From Methanothermobacter thermautotrophicus str. Delta H (GTDB lineage Archaea > Methanobacteriota > Methanobacteria > Methanobacteriales > Methanothermobacteraceae), in the NCBI RefSeq assembly GCF_000008645.1, contig NC_000916.1, forward strand, positions 540,001 through 572,000: 32,000 nt of DNA, written 5' to 3'. The translations under genes and the position numbers were made by a program. Below, piece after piece: positions 9,334 to 18,692 of this stretch. Each line of letters opens with the position of its first letter. Position 1 is the first letter of the stretch. The notes beneath the pieces were generated by a model. That model worked only from the letters and a program-made list of their open reading frames with translations. It searched no databases and was not told the DNA's origin.

Positions 9334-10356
9334 CTAGAGGAGTTCATCCCTGAGGTCAATCGTATCCTCAAGTGATGGCCCCGTGGATATTATGGTAACC
9401 GGGACCCCCGTCGCGGATTCTATATCCTCAATGAAACGTTTAACCTCAGCGGAAAGGTCAGAGTACTCCCTGACACGTTCACATTCAGGGTAAAGCCTGT
9501 CGACACAGGTTACAGCGATCTGCGTGGCTCCATTGATCATGCATGATTCACGGGCCATCTCCATGTCAAAGAGACCTATCCTCCTCCTTCTACCTGTAAC
9601 GGTACCGTACTCCTCAAGGCCCATCTCCTCAGCCTCCTCCTGGCTGATCTCGGTTGGGAATGGGCCCTCACCCACCCTTGTAATGTAGGATTTGAAGACA
9701 GCTATGACCTCATCAACCCTTGTGGGTCCTATGCCGACATCTGCAGCCGCAGTGCTTGCAGTTGTGTCCTTACTCGTAACGTAGGGGTAGGTCCCGTAGT
9801 AGAGGGAGAGGCCGAAGCCCTGTGAGCCCTCAACAAATACGTCCTCGCCCTCATCGAGTGCCTCATTGACCTCAAGGGGGACGTCAGTCAGGAAGTCCCC
9901 AAGTTCCTCCACTTCACGGGCGAGCTTCGCAGTCCTCATCACGCGCTCAGCATTGGCCGGGCCGCACCCGGTGCCTGTGCTCCCTATCTTCTTGGAGAGG
10001 TAACTGGAGGACTGGTCCTGCTCCTTGTGCTTCCTCTCTATTATGGCGCACCTGTAGTCAACCCCTGTCCTGTCAGCGACACTGTACTTTGAGAGGTACT
10101 CCATCTCATGGAGGAAGACCTCGGGGTCGACCAGGACCCCCGCCCCTATCAGGAGCCTTGCATCCTCATGGAAGAAACCTGATGGGGTTAACCTGAGCCC
10201 GTACTTATCTCCCCTGAACTCAACGGAATGGCCCGCGTTTGGTCCCACACCTGCCCTTGCGATTATTGATGGCTTGTCATTGTAACAGAGATATGTGATA
10301 CATTTGCCTTTACCTTCGTCACCCCATCCTCCTCCAACTAAAACGGTGCATGTCAT
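9334..10356 (-). CDS. purA: Adenylosuccinate synthetase (short archaeal form)
   Basis: [12 protein letters not shown]-loop, GPNAGH and TGTGCGPA motifs; 340 aa. Confidence 0.93.
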
Positions 10357-10529
10357 GGTGATTCTCCCTAAAATTTCTGCCTCTCATATATTAAGGGGTA
10401 TCCAATAAAAGTTTTTCCCACCTCATCATTAACCCTCCAAGTTTTCAAGGGGTTTTTCACACCTCAGGATGAACGCCCTTTTCCAGCAGGATGCAGCCGA
10501 ATTCCATCCAGGTTCTGTGATGAAATAGG

Positions 10530-11858
10530 TCATGTCTTCTTCCTTATTATACGCTCAAATAGCATTGGAGTCAGCTTTCTCTGGAGGGCTATCAGTACAT
10601 GCTGCTGCAGTGCCTCCTCCATGGTCTGGACGGTTATCCTGTCCTCACCCTTCCTTATCCTCACTGCCTGGGCTATCTGGGCGAGGTCCCTTGCATGGGC
10701 GAAGGTTGGCTGCATACCCTCTCCACCTTCACCTATGGGTCTGTATACCTGTGCAAACCTTTCAAGTACCTCAGGGTCGTAGTCCTCACCCATTGATTCA
10801 AGGTTGCGCCTGAAAACCTCGACGATCTCATCCACTGTTGGCTTTTCAAGCTGCACATGGAGGGGTGCCCTCCTCAGGTGGGCCTCATCCATTATGGTTA
10901 TGTCAAGGTTGGTTGAGAAGGCTGGTATGAAGTGGGTGTGGACGACGATGGGTGACCCCTTAACGTAGATCATATCCTTCTTGTTCTCAAGGGGGACTAT
11001 CAGGCGGTTGAGGAGGGCGTTATGGTCCTCCTTCTGTCTCCCAAGGTCGTCGATGAGGAGCACTCCTCCGTTGGCCTTTATTATTGGTGATGTTTCGTAG
11101 ACTCCCTTGTTGGGGTCGTATCTGCTCTCAAGTTTATCGCTGGTGAGTTCGGAACCTGTGAATACGAATGGTGCGTATATCTTAACCCATCGTGGGTCTT
11201 CTGGCTGTTCAGGGCACATCCTGTGGAAGTCGGGGTCATAGAACTGTATGACCTGCTCACTGAACTCAACATATCTGGGTATGACCACCGGTGGCAGGAG
11301 ATCCGACATCCTGCTTGTTATGAAGGTCTTACCGGTACCCGGGGGTCCATAGATGAAGAGCCCCTTGCCTCCTATGGCGCCTTCTATGAGGGTCTTCTTT
11401 GCACTCTCATTGCCAACCACATCCCTGAATGCCTTATCTATAACCTCCTGGGGGATATTTATGGGGAACCTTCCCTCTAGCTGTCGCCCCATGATCTCAA
11501 AGTAGGAGTTATAACTCACAGGGGCCATGCCAATGTAGGGGTTCTCCCTCATGAGTTTTTCGGCCTGTTTCTGGCCCTGTTTCTTGATTGTGTAGGTTAC
11601 GCTGGGGAAGAGGAAGCCTCCACCTGTTGGGGCGCAGAGTTCATCCTTTTCCATATCCTTGAGGCAGGCCTCCAGTATGTCGACATGGAGCCCTGTTATC
11701 TCATGGATCCTGTTGACCTGTATGCTCCCATAGGTTGCTATGATCTTCAGAAGCAGATTTTTTATGAAGTTTGCTGATAGGTCTATCTCATCAAGTGTCT
11801 TTGGCTGTTTGAGCAGCTCAAAGAGTTCCTGCATCTTTTCATCATGGTAGTAATCCAT
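10530..11858 (-). CDS. AAA+ ATPase with an N-terminal winged-helix-like domain (MoxR/ChlI-like core), function unknown
   Basis: Walker A GPPGTGKT, Walker B VLLIDDLGR, followed by NALLNRLIVPLE...FSTN, which resembles the helix-2-insert clade. The N-terminal 100 aa resembles a wHTH (SIQVNRIHEITGLHVDILEACLKDMEKDEL). RBS GGAGTGG. Confidence 0.8.
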   Translation of the reverse strand: MDYYHDEKMQELFELLKQPKTLDEIDLSANFIKNLLLKIIATYGSIQVNRIHEITGLHVDILEACLKDMEKDELCAPTGGGFLFPSVTYTIKKQGQKQAEKLMRENPYIGMAPVSYNSYFEIMGRQLEGRFPINIPQEVIDKAFRDVVGNESAKKTLIEGAIGGKGLFIYGPPGTGKTFITSRMSDLLPPVVIPRYVEFSEQVIQFYDPDFHRMCPEQPEDPRWVKIYAPFVFTGSELTSDKLESRYDPNKGVYETSPIIKANGGVLLIDDLGRQKEDHNALLNRLIVPLENKKDMIYVKGSPIVVHTHFIPAFSTNLDITIMDEAHLRRAPLHVQLEKPTVDEIVEVFRRNLESMGEDYDPEVLERFAQVYRPIGEGGEGMQPTFAHARDLAQIAQAVRIRKGEDRITVQTMEEALQQHVLIALQRKLTPMLFERIIRKKT

Positions 11859-12114
11859 TCAACCACTCCTCACATAGAAGTCTGTCTTTTGGATAATATA
11901 AGAGGTTGGATAACTTAAGTTTTGGTCCCTGATGGTCAGCAGGTGCCGGCGGAGGTGACTGCTGAAAATTAACTGCGTTAAACTTCCATATTACGAAGGT
12001 ATCAGCTGCAAAGGTTCCCCGGAGGAGTGCTGTGGACCATGCAGTACCGCGCTACCCACCACGAAAAGATATTTTAGGGACTTTTAATATAAATAAGTGT
12101 GCCAGGTGGTCCAG

Positions 12115-12387
12115 ATGCCCAAAAGAAAGATGAGAACCCGCATGGACCCTGAAAGGCCCGATACTATCAGAGGAAAAGAGCAAAATGTCAAAACCTCAGA
12201 CCATATACCATCCACAGGTAGAGAGGGTCTCAGCGCCCCTGAGTTCATCCTGATCCTCCTTTTCTCTCCACTTGCCGGTATAATAGGGTTCCTCATCTGG
12301 CACGGTGAAAAACCACGGAAGGCAAAACAATCCATCACCATAGCTGCCGTCATGTTCCTGTTCTACATGATAATCTTCCTGTTCTGA
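12115..12387 (+). CDS. Small hypothetical membrane protein (basic N-terminus, two predicted TM helices)
   Basis: ATG 12115 is preceded by AGGTGG. Hydrophobic segments FILILLFSPLAGIIGFLIW and ITIAAVMFLFYMIIFLF. No homology recognised. Confidence 0.45.
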   Translation: MPKRKMRTRMDPERPDTIRGKEQNVKTSDHIPSTGREGLSAPEFILILLFSPLAGIIGFLIWHGEKPRKAKQSITIAAVMFLFYMIIFLF

Positions 12388-12436
12388 ACAGGACACCAGA
12401 GACACCAGCACCACTCTACATGATAATCTTTCCATT

Positions 12437-12892
12437 CTACTGGCCCTCTAAAGAAACTCCTTCCATCTCAAGAAGCCTCTTTTTGAGTTTAACACCTCCC
12501 TGATAACCTCCGGCATTCCCATCGCTTCTTATGACACGGTGACATGGTATTACAAGCGGGAATGGGTTTCTTGAAAGTGCACCGGCAGCGCTGCGTGGAC
12601 TCCCACCTGCCCTTGCTGCGACCTCAGAGTAGGTGAGGGTCGAGCCCCTGGGAATTGAGGAGACCACATCAAGGACCCTCCGCTGATATTCTGTGCAGCC
12701 ACCAAAATCAAGGACTGATAAATCAAAGTCAACTTCACATCCATCCAGGAACATTCTAATTGAATCCAGGAGTTTCTTAATGGCCATGGGAGGAGAAGAG
12801 TCATTTGAATACTTCTTAACCCCCTCAAGAAGGATTATGGCAGTTACACCATCATCGCCCCATACAACACCGATATCTATCAGAGGATGCAT
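12437..12892 (-). CDS. ogt: Methylated-DNA-[protein]-cysteine S-methyltransferase (O6-alkylguanine-DNA alkyltransferase)
   Basis: Active-site PCHRV, with TYSEVA and RAAGxA...NP motifs. The longest ORF extends to 12967, but the extra 25 codons are generated by a tandem DNA repeat, so ATG 12892 (MHPLIDIG...) is preferred. Confidence 0.88.
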   Translation of the reverse strand: MHPLIDIGVVWGDDGVTAIILLEGVKKYSNDSSPPMAIKKLLDSIRMFLDGCEVDFDLSVLDFGGCTEYQRRVLDVVSSIPRGSTLTYSEVAARAGGSPRSAAGALSRNPFPLVIPCHRVIRSDGNAGGYQGGVKLKKRLLEMEGVSLEGQ

Positions 12893-12978
12893 CAAGGTGT
12901 ACATACACTTAAATGTTTCAGCTTCATGAATATTAATCAAGGTGTACATACACTCAAATTGTTTCATGAATTATTAAA
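12891..12978. repeat. Two tandem copies of a roughly 45-bp unit, each carrying the dyad GTGTA-CA-TACAC, in the ogt / histidine-kinase divergent promoter
   Basis: 12891-12920 atcaaggtgtacatacacttaaatgtttca versus 12936-12966 atcaaggtgtacatacactcaaattgtttca (one mismatch, one indel). Both are followed by catgaat(t)attaa. Confidence 0.85.
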
Positions 12979-12990
12979 TGGGGAGTCACG

Positions 12991-15240
12991 ATGGATAGGA
13001 ACCTCAAGATATTCATAACGGTGATGTTAATTCTTTCAGTCATATCCCAGTTCCTGCCCTTTAAAAGGGATGCTGTCTCACTTATAAACGTCATAACAAA
13101 CCTTGCAGCCTTCATGGGACTTTCATATGCCTGCATATACTCCAGGAAGGTTTACCCGCACCTTTACCTCACGTTGCTCCTTCTATCCGCTGCCCAGTTC
13201 TTTTCATTCCTCGGAGACTTCACCTGGTTCATACTTGAGAGTATACTGTCCCTGAATCCCTTCCCATCAGTTGCAGACCTGTTCTACCTCCTCTATTACC
13301 CCATCTTCGCAGCCGGCATATTCACAATACCCATCAAAAGATACTCTGACCTTAGATCAATCATAGACCTGCTGATAATCCTCGTGGCCTCTGCATCTGC
13401 CGCCTGGGTCTTCCTCCTTGAGCCCACAGTTTTTGCAGGAGGAGATTTCACAGAGGTCCTGGTATCAACACTGTATGTCCTGGGCGATCTCCTCATAGTC
13501 TTCATGATAATGGACCTCATAATAAACAAGCTGGGGCACCTCAGATCAAGGACCCTCCACGTGTTCCTTGCAAGCATAATCATCCTCCTTGCAGCAGATA
13601 TATCCTTCACATACCAGAACCTTACAGGAATTTATGCTGGAGGAACACCCCAGGACCTCCTCTGGGCATTCAGTTACATTCTCCTCCTCATTGCAGTGAA
13701 TGAATTCTTTAAGGAGGACTGGTCAAAGCCCTTATATGTTGAAAAAAAGGTCACAGCTGTCACATACACCCCCTATATCTTTATAATACTGTTCTATCTC
13801 TTAACGGCCTACAGCGTGATTAAGGGTGGTGCTGAAAAATCCACCGTGCTCTTAGTGTCCCTTGGATTCATAATAGTCCTCTTCATTCTGAGGCAGCACC
13901 TTTCCATGAAGGAAAACATGGCCCTCCTCAATGATGTTGAGAATGAAAGGAGGAGGGCTGAAAATTACCTGGAGGTGGCGGGGTCCCTCATAATGGTCCT
14001 CGATGAGAAAACCCGTGTGAAGCTCATAAACAGGAGGGGCCTTGAAATCCTTGAGTGTGACGCAGGGGAAGTCGCAGGGAAAAACTGGTTCATGACCTTC
14101 GTACCCCCTGAAGACAGGGGGTGGCGGGAAAAGCTATACACCGAAAAGATCAGCTCCGGGAGTAAGGGTTATCATCTGACCGGTGAGATACTCACATGTA
14201 AGGGCGACAGGAAAACCGTCACATGGCACGTTGTATTCCTCAGGGAGGATGGTGAATTCAGGGGCAGCATAATCTCAGGGGATGACATCACAGAACTCCA
14301 GAGAGCCACAAGGGCCCTCGAGATGAGTGAGATGAGGTACAGGGAGATATTTGAACTCGCCCCTAGCCCGATAATATCGGTTGGTGATGACCTGATCATA
14401 AGGGACTGTAACAGGAGGGCTGAATCCGTTCTGGGCTACCAGAGAGGGGAGCTGATTGGAAGGAACCTGATGGACCTCATACACCCCGAGGATGCAGGAG
14501 AGGACTTTGAAGGGGAAAGAAGGCTCCTGAGATCAAATGGAGATGTCATATACGCCGATATAGGGGTCGCCCGGGTTGGGGATGAACGTATAATCATAAT
14601 CGAGGACCAGACAGAGATACGCAGGTCCCTCCAGGAGAAGGAACTCCTCCTGAGGGAGATACACCACCGGGTCAAGAACAACCTCCAGATAATATCAAGC
14701 CTGCTGAGCATACAGGAGCGTCAGCTGGAGTCAGAGGAACTTTCAGATGTCCTGAGAGAGAGCCGTGAGCGTATAAGGTCCATAGCCCTTGTCCATGAGC
14801 ACCTCTACAGATCAACAAACCTCAGAACAATAAGGATCAGGAATTACCTCAACAACATCCTCTCAAAGCTGAGCCAGGGACAGACCCATGGGAAGGATGT
14901 GAGGATCAGCTCCAGCATAGAGGACCTTGAATTCAACCTTGAGACCAGTCTCCCCATTGGTCTCATGGTCAACGAACTTGTGAGTAACTCCCTCAAGCAC
15001 TCAGGGGCAGATAACATAACCGTTGAGCTCAGATCCCTCAACGGGACCCTTGAACTTACCGTGAAGGATGATGGGATAGGCCTTGAATCACCGGAGGTCC
15101 TGGAGAAATCCGGAAGCATGGGCTGGTACCTTATACGGGCCCTGACAGACCAGCTTGATGGTGAACTGAAAATAGAAACAGAGGATGGTCTATCTGTAAG
15201 TTTAAGGTTCAGGGAACTTGGATACAGAGAAAGGTACTGA
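12991..15240 (+). CDS. Sensor histidine kinase: large N-terminal polytopic membrane domain, two PAS-like domains, HisKA_2-type dimerisation/phosphoacceptor region, HATPase_c
   Basis: About 300 aa of hydrophobic helices, then PAS-like segments. H-box EIHHRVKNNLQIISSLL and ATPase motifs NELVSNSLKH, DDGIGL and GSMGW. Confidence 0.9.
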   Translation: MDRNLKIFITVMLILSVISQFLPFKRDAVSLINVITNLAAFMGLSYACIYSRKVYPHLYLTLLLLSAAQFFSFLGDFTWFILESILSLNPFPSVADLFYLLYYPIFAAGIFTIPIKRYSDLRSIIDLLIILVASASAAWVFLLEPTVFAGGDFTEVLVSTLYVLGDLLIVFMIMDLIINKLGHLRSRTLHVFLASIIILLAADISFTYQNLTGIYAGGTPQDLLWAFSYILLLIAVNEFFKEDWSKPLYVEKKVTAVTYTPYIFIILFYLLTAYSVIKGGAEKSTVLLVSLGFIIVLFILRQHLSMKENMALLNDVENERRRAENYLEVAGSLIMVLDEKTRVKLINRRGLEILECDAGEVAGKNWFMTFVPPEDRGWREKLYTEKISSGSKGYHLTGEILTCKGDRKTVTWHVVFLREDGEFRGSIISGDDITELQRATRALEMSEMRYREIFELAPSPIISVGDDLIIRDCNRRAESVLGYQRGELIGRNLMDLIHPEDAGEDFEGERRLLRSNGDVIYADIGVARVGDERIIIIEDQTEIRRSLQEKELLLREIHHRVKNNLQIISSLLSIQERQLESEELSDVLRESRERIRSIALVHEHLYRSTNLRTIRIRNYLNNILSKLSQGQTHGKDVRISSSIEDLEFNLETSLPIGLMVNELVSNSLKHSGADNITVELRSLNGTLELTVKDDGIGLESPEVLEKSGSMGWYLIRALTDQLDGELKIETEDGLSVSLRFRELGYRERY

Positions 15241-15244
15241 GGGG

Positions 15245-16180
15245 ATGGTTATGGAGTTCCGGATAACAGAGCGAGTACCGACTGCATCGCCTGGAATGTC
15301 CAGCCAGGATGCCCTCGAGATGATAAGAAGGAAGATGGGCGAATATGACACCATAGACTACGTTTACATCCTTGACAGTGATACTCTGGCCGGTGTCGTA
15401 TCAATCCGTGAGATCCTATCCCACGATGAAATCCTCGGGGACTTCATGCACCGCGACATAATATGCTTCACCCCCGAAGATGACCCATTTGATATACCCT
15501 ACCTGGCACTTTCACATGGAATTAAGGCCATTCCGGTTGTTGACAGTGGGGGTAGATTCCGGGGTGTTGTGCCCTATGATGAAATCATAAGGATACTGAA
15601 GGTTGAGGCTGACAGGAACATGCTGCACTTTGGTGGTGTCTTCCACCGCGTGGTTGATGAGAAGAGGAGCCCCGGGTCCATGGTGAAGTCAAGGGTTCCC
15701 TGGCTCATCATAGGAGTGGTGGGTGGTACCGTTACCGCCTCAATGATAGGCAGATTTGAGGACCTGCTCTCAGGGTTCATAGCCCTGGCATCATTCATAC
15801 CCGTGATGGTCTACATGAGCGACGCCGTGGGGACCCAGTCAGAGGCCCTCATAATAAGGGAGATAGCCGTTGATCCATCAATGAATCACCTCAAGTACAT
15901 AAAGGGAGAGTTCCTGGTCGCAGCTGCAATAGGCGCCCTATCCTCTGCCTTCGCCGGGCTGATGGCAGGGGTCACCCGCATGAACCCTTTACTTGGACTG
16001 ATAGTCTTCGTATCCATGTTCTTCAGTATAATAGCAGCGGTTTTAATATCCACGGTCTCACCCCTCCTATTCAGGAGGATGGGCTATGACCCTGCGGTTG
16101 CAACCGGACCCCTGGCAACCATACTCAGTGACTTCACAACCACACTGATATACCTTAGTGTCGCCTCATCACTCCTTTGA
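15245..16180 (+). CDS. mgtE: MgtE-family divalent-cation transporter (CBS pair plus MgtE membrane domain, no N-domain)
   Basis: A CBS-pair region is followed by a membrane domain with the typical PVMVYMSDAVGTQS and GPLATILSDFTTTLIY motifs. The start is ATG 15245 or 15251, just after the kinase stop; TTG 15218 is less likely. Confidence 0.85.
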   Translation: MVMEFRITERVPTASPGMSSQDALEMIRRKMGEYDTIDYVYILDSDTLAGVVSIREILSHDEILGDFMHRDIICFTPEDDPFDIPYLALSHGIKAIPVVDSGGRFRGVVPYDEIIRILKVEADRNMLHFGGVFHRVVDEKRSPGSMVKSRVPWLIIGVVGGTVTASMIGRFEDLLSGFIALASFIPVMVYMSDAVGTQSEALIIREIAVDPSMNHLKYIKGEFLVAAAIGALSSAFAGLMAGVTRMNPLLGLIVFVSMFFSIIAAVLISTVSPLLFRRMGYDPAVATGPLATILSDFTTTLIYLSVASSLL

Positions 16181-16219
16181 AGACCTATGATTTCAGATTT
16201 AATGTAAGGAGACAGACAC

Positions 16220-16624
16220 ATGGATCCTGAAGAGAAAATTGAGGAACTTGAGAACCAGATAGCTGAAAGGGACAGGAAGATCAGGGAACTTGAACTCAAG
16301 CTCGCCGATTGCATGGGACGGGTCGATGAGATCAGATCCGAAAAATCCGGGCTGCAGGAGGAGGTTAACAGACTGCAGGTTATGAGACTTGACCTCAAGC
16401 TAAGGGACTTCCAGGAACTGGAGGATGAGAATAACCGCCTGAAGCACCGCATAGAGATAACCAAGGACCTCCTCGATGAGGCAAGGGAGAGGCTCGAGAT
16501 ACTTGAAGACGTGGTGGAGGGGTTCCTGAACCAGAGCCTGCCTGAAAGGATAACAGGAAAGAAACCCGATGCCCTCATACACTACAGAGAAAGGTTCAGG
16601 GATGGCAGGTTCAACAATTTATAA
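16220..16624 (+). CDS. Hypothetical coiled-coil protein
   Basis: 134-aa ORF, highly charged with heptad-like E/K/R/L-rich sequence (EELENQIAERDRKIRELELKL...). Codon usage is consistent with the neighbours. Confidence 0.6.
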   Translation: MDPEEKIEELENQIAERDRKIRELELKLADCMGRVDEIRSEKSGLQEEVNRLQVMRLDLKLRDFQELEDENNRLKHRIEITKDLLDEARERLEILEDVVEGFLNQSLPERITGKKPDALIHYRERFRDGRFNNL

Positions 16625-16729
16625 CATTTTCAACCGATCTCTTTAATTGTTTCTTATTTTCATGCTTCCATCGAAAAATGTATATCTATCGATGACATAC
16701 TTATTACATAATATGTTAGGAGTGATTCC

Positions 16730-17590
16730 ATGGAACCATATGGTAAGGGGGACGGCCGTGTCAGGTGGGTGACGCCTGAATGGCTGATGGAGAATATGGA
16801 GGATGTTGCCATAATAGACTGTCAGCCAAACATCCACGACTACATACTTGAACACATACCCGGAGCAGTTTACCTCAACGAGGGCCTCTTCAGGGAGCCC
16901 CGTGGGAAGGCACCGGCGATGTACATCCCTGAGGGAGCAGTCGAGCTGATATTCCAGCAGGCAGGGATCGAAAACAGGCCCACCGTTGTATACACAGGTA
17001 CCGGCGGAGTCAAGGGCTGGGGTGATGGTCTCGAGCAGACCATGGTGGCCTACAGCCTTGCAAGGTTTGGCCATGAAAACATTCTGGTACTCAATGGCGG
17101 ACTCGCAGAGTGGAAGAGGGCCGGTGGAGAATTAACAAAGGTATTCCCTGAGGTTGAGGAATCCGGTTTCTCTGCTGTGACAAAGGAGGACTTCTACATA
17201 GAGTACCCTGAATTCAAAAGGATAAAGGACGATGAAGACGTTCTGCTGCTCGATGCAAGACCGGCAGAGGTCTATGAGGGGCAGGGCCCCTGGATAAAAC
17301 CCGGGCACATACCGGGCGCAGTTAACCTCCCCTGGGCTGACCTCATGGACCCAGAAAACAGGACCCTGCTGAAGCCAGAGGATGAGATACTTGAACTCGT
17401 AAATTCAGTGGGTGCAACACCCGACAGGAAGATAATCTGCAGCTGCGGCACCGGCAGGGAGGCGACGAACGAGTTCCTCCTCTTCAGGTGGTACCTTGGG
17501 TACCCTGATGTCAGGATATATGAGGGATCATTCACCGAGTGGACCCAGATAGAGGACAACCCCACAGTCACGGGTCCGGACCCACGCTGA
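16730..17590 (+). CDS. Tandem-rhodanese sulfurtransferase (thiosulfate/3-mercaptopyruvate sulfurtransferase family)
   Basis: Two rhodanese modules (HIPGAV in each). Catalytic loop [10 protein letters not shown] in the C-terminal module. RBS GGAGTG. Confidence 0.88.
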
Positions 17591-17625
17591 TGAACCCTCA
17601 AATTATTTTTTTATCCATGAAAAAT

Positions 17626-18438
17626 TCAGTGCCCCTGACCACCGAAGTCTGTTTTAAGTTCTGATCCCGCAAATAACATCACAGCAAGGGCTGCAGCCAC
17701 GTTCAGAATCATCAGGAATATTCCTCCAGCAAGGGTGCCCTGGACCGGGAAGAGGAAGTATGAGAGGTTTCCTGTTGTGTGGATTATCATGGTGGCCAGT
17801 ATACTGCCTGTGGAGTTGTAGACCCAGGTATATATCACCGAGGCAGAGATTATAAGGATCATGAAACTCCAGAATGGGACCTGGGACTGTATGCTACCCC
17901 CAATGAAGAATAGGGGTATGTGCCAGAGCCCCCATATGAACCCTATTATCAGGGCCGCGTAGATTGGCGAGTACCTCCTCTGAAGCCGTGGAAGGGCATA
18001 GCCCCTCCACCCGAATTCCTCCTGCAGTGGCCCTCCGAGGAAGAATATGTAAATGAACACCATTATGACCATGAGGGGCTGTGAGGTCCAGTAGAGGTAC
18101 GGCTGGGGGTCACCCCACAGGACACCCAGGTAGAGTGCCACTGCAGTTAGCACAGGAAAGAATAAGAGGATTACAGGCCACCAGATCCTGTGAAAGTCGT
18201 AATTAACACCTTTCCTGAGGAGTGCCAGCAGTTCATCCCGGCCGCCATACCTGTAGCTCAGGAGAACGGCTGCAAGTGTTGGGCCGAATGCTGCAGGGTT
18301 GTAGGGGCTTTCAAGGAATGCCTGCAGGGGCTGGGGAAAACTGAAGCCCGCAGAGACCATTGCTACAGGTATCCAGAGTACCCATGAAAATATGAATGCC
18401 ACAATGAAAAAGTCTGATATGCGATCATTCTCCATCAT
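17626..18438 (-). CDS. CPBP-family intramembrane glutamic endopeptidase (CAAX protease / Abi family)
   Basis: Polytopic membrane protein with CPBP motifs EEFGWRGY, WGLWH and HTTGN. Start is GTG 18444 or ATG 18438/18435 after GGTGAT. Confidence 0.85.
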   Translation of the reverse strand: MMENDRISDFFIVAFIFSWVLWIPVAMVSAGFSFPQPLQAFLESPYNPAAFGPTLAAVLLSYRYGGRDELLALLRKGVNYDFHRIWWPVILLFFPVLTAVALYLGVLWGDPQPYLYWTSQPLMVIMVFIYIFFLGGPLQEEFGWRGYALPRLQRRYSPIYAALIIGFIWGLWHIPLFFIGGSIQSQVPFWSFMILIISASVIYTWVYNSTGSILATMIIHTTGNLSYFLFPVQGTLAGGIFLMILNVAAALAVMLFAGSELKTDFGGQGH

Positions 18439-18464
18439 AATCACCAGAATCTTATCAGTGCAAC

Positions 18465-18668
18465 TTAAAGGGTATGAGGGTCACAGGGACCCTGAAGGGA
18501 TACGATGTACCTCATCTCACCCTCCATCACGATACACAGTATAGGTTTCAGTGAGACTGCATTTATACCCTTTTCTGTGAGGATGAAGCTGACCCTGAAG
18601 ACGGGTATTAAAAGCCTGCCACCGGCATCCACAGCTGCAGCGGGACATGCCCCCTCAATTATCCTCAT
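18465..18668 (-). CDS. Small hypothetical protein (67 aa) between the DUF2953-like and CPBP genes
   Basis: The ORF fills the gap on the same strand as its neighbours and has AGG/ATA-rich codon usage like them. No recognisable motif. Confidence 0.3.
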   Translation of the reverse strand: MRIIEGACPAAAVDAGGRLLIPVFRVSFILTEKGINAVSLKPILCIVMEGEMRYIVSLQGPCDPHTL

Positions 18669-18692
18669 TAACACACACCAGCATCATAAGAG

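Noticed and set aside
11925-11965. C/D-box sRNA (CTGATGG ... CTGA)
   Set aside because: The C-box is imperfect (UGAUGG), the C-to-D distance (about 30 nt) is too short to hold D'/C' boxes and two guides, and there is no terminal stem.
12893-12967. 25-codon N-terminal extension of ogt (MKQFECMYTLINIHEAETFKCMYTL)
   Set aside because: The extension is produced by the tandem 45-bp promoter repeat (duplicated CMYTL peptide) and has no counterpart in Ogt proteins. Retained only as an alternative start.
16084-16578. 164-aa Ser-rich ORF antisense to the coiled-coil gene
   Set aside because: Its composition (long S/L runs) is the mirror image of the GAG/GAA/CTC-rich sense strand. No start context.
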